Source: Tubiluchus corallicola
Lineage: Eukaryota; Animalia; Priapulida
DNA: 26,602 nt
Assembly: GCA_030141605.1 (NCBI GenBank)
Contig: JAQGDQ010001756.1
Location: 1 to 26,602, forward strand
Reading direction: 5' to 3'
The stretch's first letter is position 1; every line of letters begins with the position of its first letter. Under the pieces are notes generated by a model. The model was not told the origin of the DNA and ran no database searches. It worked only from the letters and a program-made list of their open reading frames with translations. Below are positions 22,704 to 26,602 of this stretch, piece by piece. The position numbers and the translations under genes are program-made.

Positions 22704-23537
22704 GTAATTTGTAGGTGTGTGTGCATGTGTGCATGTGTGTGTGTGTGTGCGCGCGTGCGCATGTGTGTACGTCAGTGAATGTATGTTTGCTCTCATGTGT
22801 GTGCATGTGTAGAAATAAAACTATTATTTAATACTAGTAGGCCTACTCATTGACAAACAACTAATTGTTTATTTACAAGATTCTGTTTTAGTAACACACC
22901 ACAAGAAGTTAATGTGCAAAAGTCAATGTGGCCCAGTTGAAAAGCAACCCAACAGAAGAAAATCATTTTAATTACTCTAAATTTAAATTTATGTTGTATT
23001 GTCATCACACTTTTTTGTGTTTTGGATAGTGCTGCCACCTTCAGGTGTTCTTGTTAAAATTGTTAAATCTTTCTCTTTACTGTTTAAATTTTCATTGGCT
23101 TCTACAGTCTTTATGGATGCATAATCTCTAAACCTGTTTTCACACCTAAATGATTTCACCTGTAGTTTTGGTCACTTGGTTTTCTGTTTTTCAACATGAC
23201 ACTACTTCACTGTTTATGTAGACAGTTCAGAATAAAATCTTAAAACTAAATTTCAAGCTTTTTGGTTTCTTCAAACCAATTACTCTGATCCGTCCTGGGC
23301 CTAGCTACAATTGTATTCAACTAATAATACTCAAGCCATTATAAAAGCTCGGTGTTTATGATAAAACGTCAATTTTATTTATGCTAAACAAGTCAAAGTC
23401 CATGAAACCACATATAAATCATATTATTATTGTTGTAAAGACAGTTGGAAATCTTTCCACTCGATAAAATAATTACTTTCATGACAATCGGTTTTCATAA
23501 AATAGTTCTTAACATGAACACTAGAGGGCACCAGTTA

Positions 23538-24034
23538 CAGAATTATACCTCGAGATACGAAATTAATTCGTTCCAGAGGAGATTTCTGACCTTAAAGTTT
23601 TCGTATTATGAGACTTGCCTTATGAATTGCGTACTGCATTCCAGCCCACCCCCTCGAAAACAGTCATATAAAGTGTAAATATTGTACCCACATGAAAGAA
23701 ATATGTTCGTTAATAATCATTTACATAAATGTTGAAAACCAATGAGAAAATAATAAAATCAATAAAAAATAATCAATAATCTATAATAATAAAACCAATG
23801 GGATGGGAGATTGTATGTTGGTACATTCAAAAACTACAAGATAAGAACACAACAAAGCGTTCACGTGATGCTACGAACTGCATTCTGGGAGGACTGCCGT
23901 TGGGGCGGTGCTTTCGATTTTCGTTTTCGTATCTTGAATATTTTTTCGTTTAGTGGTACAGAAATCTCTCCGAAGCCCGATTCGTATTCCGAATTTTTCG
24001 TATAATAGGGTTTTCGTAAGTCGAGGTTCCGCTG
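23538..24034. mobile_element. Tigger/pogo-like non-autonomous element; internally deleted in the right arm (~25173-25319)
   Basis: TA|CAG....ACCTCGAGATACGA ... TCGTAAGTCGAGGTTCCGCTG|TA imperfect TIRs with TA flanks. Confidence 0.7.
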
Positions 24035-24468
24035 TATGTCTGTTTCGTCTATGCGCCCGTTTTGTGCTGGTCGCCCTTCCATTTATTGACCGGACCCGGT
24101 GCTGCTTAACTTTACAGCTGTACAGAAATAGTGATTATGCAGCTGTTCTCGTTAATTTATCATACTGAATGTATGCCTCATTTTGACCTACCAAGAAGCA
24201 GAATCCTGTCGGTCACCCTCCATTTGTTAACCGGACCCAGTGTTGACTTCCTGAAACGGGAATCCGATGTAGAAAAGTGGCGCAGCGAACAACTGACAAA
24301 TTGAAGTGGTTCAGTTACCGCAAGGCACGTGGAAATATTAAATTCCAAAGATAAGAGATCCGGGGAAGAAAGGCTGGAGATTTTCAACCAGGAATGAGAA
24401 TTTTCCGAGGATACCCGGAATTCCGAGTTTTTGGAAGACCAGTAGTGCCATTTTTGTAAATCGCGTGA

Positions 24469-24548
24469 TAGATGAGTCGCTCGAGTATCAGCTTCTTTTC
24501 GCTGGTAACCCAGGCGGCGTGGAATAACTTCTCCGCAGTCCTAGACAC
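24469..24548 (-). CDS. GAPVD1: GAPVD1 second coding exon, 3'-truncated (VSRTAEKLFHAAWVTSEKKLILERLI...)
   Basis: - strand tatatcttcag| acceptor, phase 0, matching the exon 1 donor; resembles the recalled VLKTAEKLYRTAWIAKQQRINLDRLI; similarity stops at the arm boundary without a donor. Confidence 0.82.
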
Positions 24549-24585
24549 CTGAAGATATACGTTCGTTAAAAAAACGCGTTGAAAA

Positions 24586-24726
24586 CAGGGACGAGAATGA
24601 CAAATTGCAAAAAACTCTGAAACAGGCCGGGGGTTTTGGGGCCACCTGGGGGTTCAAGGGGGGGGCGAAGCTCCCTTGGAGTCAGCAACAAATAGCAATT
24701 TTGTGACCATAGAGAACCTCTAAGTG
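24586..24726 (-). mobile_element. Dispersed repeat end, copy 2 of 13081-13194
   Basis: CAGGGACGAGAATGACAAATTGCAAAAAACTCTGAAACAGGCCGGGGG is the inverse of ~13147-13194. Confidence 0.6.
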
Positions 24727-25022
24727 GACTTAAAATATCAATTACCTTGTTTCATGCATAATTTAAAATACCCAACTATCAAGGATACATGATACCTAAT
24801 TGTCTCAAAAATGCCTAAGTACTGGCCGCTCCTATGCAAAAGTATATAAAAACTGTCTGCAATTGACTCAAATAACTCCGCACAATTGATTCTATATTTT
24901 TACACATAGAGATATACACGTGGTTACACTGATGTACATGATGTAAACAAAGTGACGGCCTGCCAACTAGCGGTCAGCTTGTGAAATAATGTAGTGGGTC
25001 CTTAAAAATTTTCTCAACAAAT

Positions 25023-26602
25023 TCACGCGATTTACAAAAATGGCACTATTGGTCTTTCAAAAACTCGGAATTCCGTGTAACCGCGGAAAATTCTCATTCT
25101 GGTTGAAAATCTCCAGCCTTTCTAAATGGAAGGGTGACCAGCACAAAACTGGCGCATAGACGAAACAGACGTACAACGGAACCCTATTAAACCCTATTAT
25201 TCCAGTATTACACTGGAATGCAGTACGCCATTCATAAGGCAAGTCTCATAATATGAAAATTTTAAGATAAGAAATCTCTTCCGGAACAAATTAATTTCGT
25301 ATCTCGAGGTATAATTCTGTAACTGGTGCCCTCTAGTGTTCATGTTAAGAACTATTTTATGAAAACCGATTGTCACGAAGGTAATTATTTTATCGAGTGG
25401 AAAGATTTCTAACTGTCTTTACAACAATAATAATATGATTTACATGTGGTTTCATGGACTTTCAGTTGTTTAGCATAAATAAAATTGACGTTTTATCATA
25501 AACACGGAGTTTTTATAATGGCTTGAGTATTATTAGTTGAATACAATCGTAGCTAGACCCAGGACGGATCAGAGTAATTGGTTTGAAGAAACCAAAAAAC
25601 TTGAAATTTAGTTTTAAGATTTTATTCTGAAATGCCTACATAAACAGTGAAGTAGTGTCATGTTGAAAAGCAGAAAACCAAGTGACCAAAACTACAGGTG
25701 AAATCATTTAGGTGTGAAAACAGGTTTAGAGATTATGCATTCATAAAGACTGTAGAAGCCAATGAAAATTTAAACAGTAAAGAGAAAGATTTAACAATTT
25801 TAACAAGAACACCTGAAGGTGGCAGCACTATCCAAAACTAAAAAAAGTATGATGACAATACAACATAAAGTTAAATTTAGAATAATTAAAATGATTTTCT
25901 TCTGTTGGGTTGCTTTTCAACTCTGCCACATTTGCTTTTGCACATTAACTTCTTGTGGTGTGTTACTAAAACAGAATCTTGTAAATAAACAATTAGTTGT
26001 TTGTCAATGAGTAGGCCTACTAGTATTAAATATTAGTTTTATTTCTACACATGCACACACATGCGAGCAAACATACATGCACTGACGTACACACACGCGC
26101 ACGCGCGCACACACACACACATGCACACACACCTACAAATTACCTCGTCAAACAGTTGCTGCAGATGAAAACGTTCCGAGGTGATGAAAAGATGTTCCTG
26201 CTTCAGTTGCCGTGACAACTCCAACAGCTCCTCCTGCCACTGCATCGCTTAATACGCCTTAATGGGCAATAAACAACTGTAATTAAAATGAGAAAAATGA
26301 AACCGACGCAGGAAGAGTCAATTCATTCAAACCAGACATCTAATAATGTACATCTATTAATTTGTCACATTATGATTACTGATTGCTTTTATTCATTTAT
26401 TACATTTAAGACTTACTGCACAAATTTTCATCCTTTTGTTTTCTTTTTGTTGTGCATTCATTATTCAACTACATTTTCGTTTATTTGCTGCATTTTAGTT
26501 CACTCGCTGCACTTATGATTTAACCAGATTGCTTGCTTTTTTGTTGTTGCATTCATGACTTGTTCAGTTGTTGTTTTAATTTTTAATTGCATTATTTGCT
26601 TG
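25023..26602 (-). repeat. Right arm of the inverted duplication (runs off the right edge)
   Basis: Reverse complement of 22245-24468 with scattered substitutions; lacks ~23645-24001 and ~24086-24366. Confidence 0.97.
26144..26245 (-). CDS. GAPVD1: GAPVD1 first coding exon, - copy
   Basis: Same 34-aa peptide and same donor as 22602-22703; can splice in frame to 24548. Confidence 0.82.

Larger units (their letters stand above)
22245..24468 (+). repeat. Left arm of a large inverted duplication
   Basis: 22245-23644 matches rc of 25213-26602; ~24002-24085 matches rc of ~25123-25200; 24367-24468 matches rc of 25023-25123. The outer limit is set by the window edge. Confidence 0.97.

Noticed and set aside
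22329-26518. Twin ORF pairs 22329/26288 and 22847/25819 as duplicated small genes
   Set aside because: Mirror images caused by the inverted repeat, antisense to GAPVD1 introns, with several amino-acid changes and no recognisable motif.
22245-26602. Inverted arms as long TIRs of a foldback or Polinton-type transposon
   Set aside because: The arms carry host gene exons and the spacer continues the same gene; no transposase is present, and the outer ends and TSD are not visible.

Overview
AT-rich, intron- and repeat-rich animal (probably invertebrate) genomic DNA; the species cannot be determined. The left 14.7 kb holds the 3' part of a + strand ALDH4A1 (P5C dehydrogenase) gene: six intact, phase-compatible exons, with introns filled by different tandem arrays (74, 14, 70, 72 and 112 bp units, microsatellites) and transposon remnants. 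One essential exon (EIFGP...GAVFGQDR) survives only as its last ~19 nt, fused to the end of a 72-bp array. The right part holds the 5' end of GAPVD1 (Gapex-5/RME-6) in a fold-back arrangement: a >1.4-kb diverged inverted duplication carries coding exon 1 on both strands, and coding exon 2 lies in the spacer on the - strand, cut off at the inversion breakpoint. Both anomalies could be real structural variants or assembly artefacts (collapse, haplotype misjoin). I see no convincing new biological system; the best candidate is a possible GAPVD1 hairpin-RNA locus. All long ORFs in the track except the LINE fragment are repeat artefacts. Protein identifications rest on recalled sequences and motifs, not on a database search.
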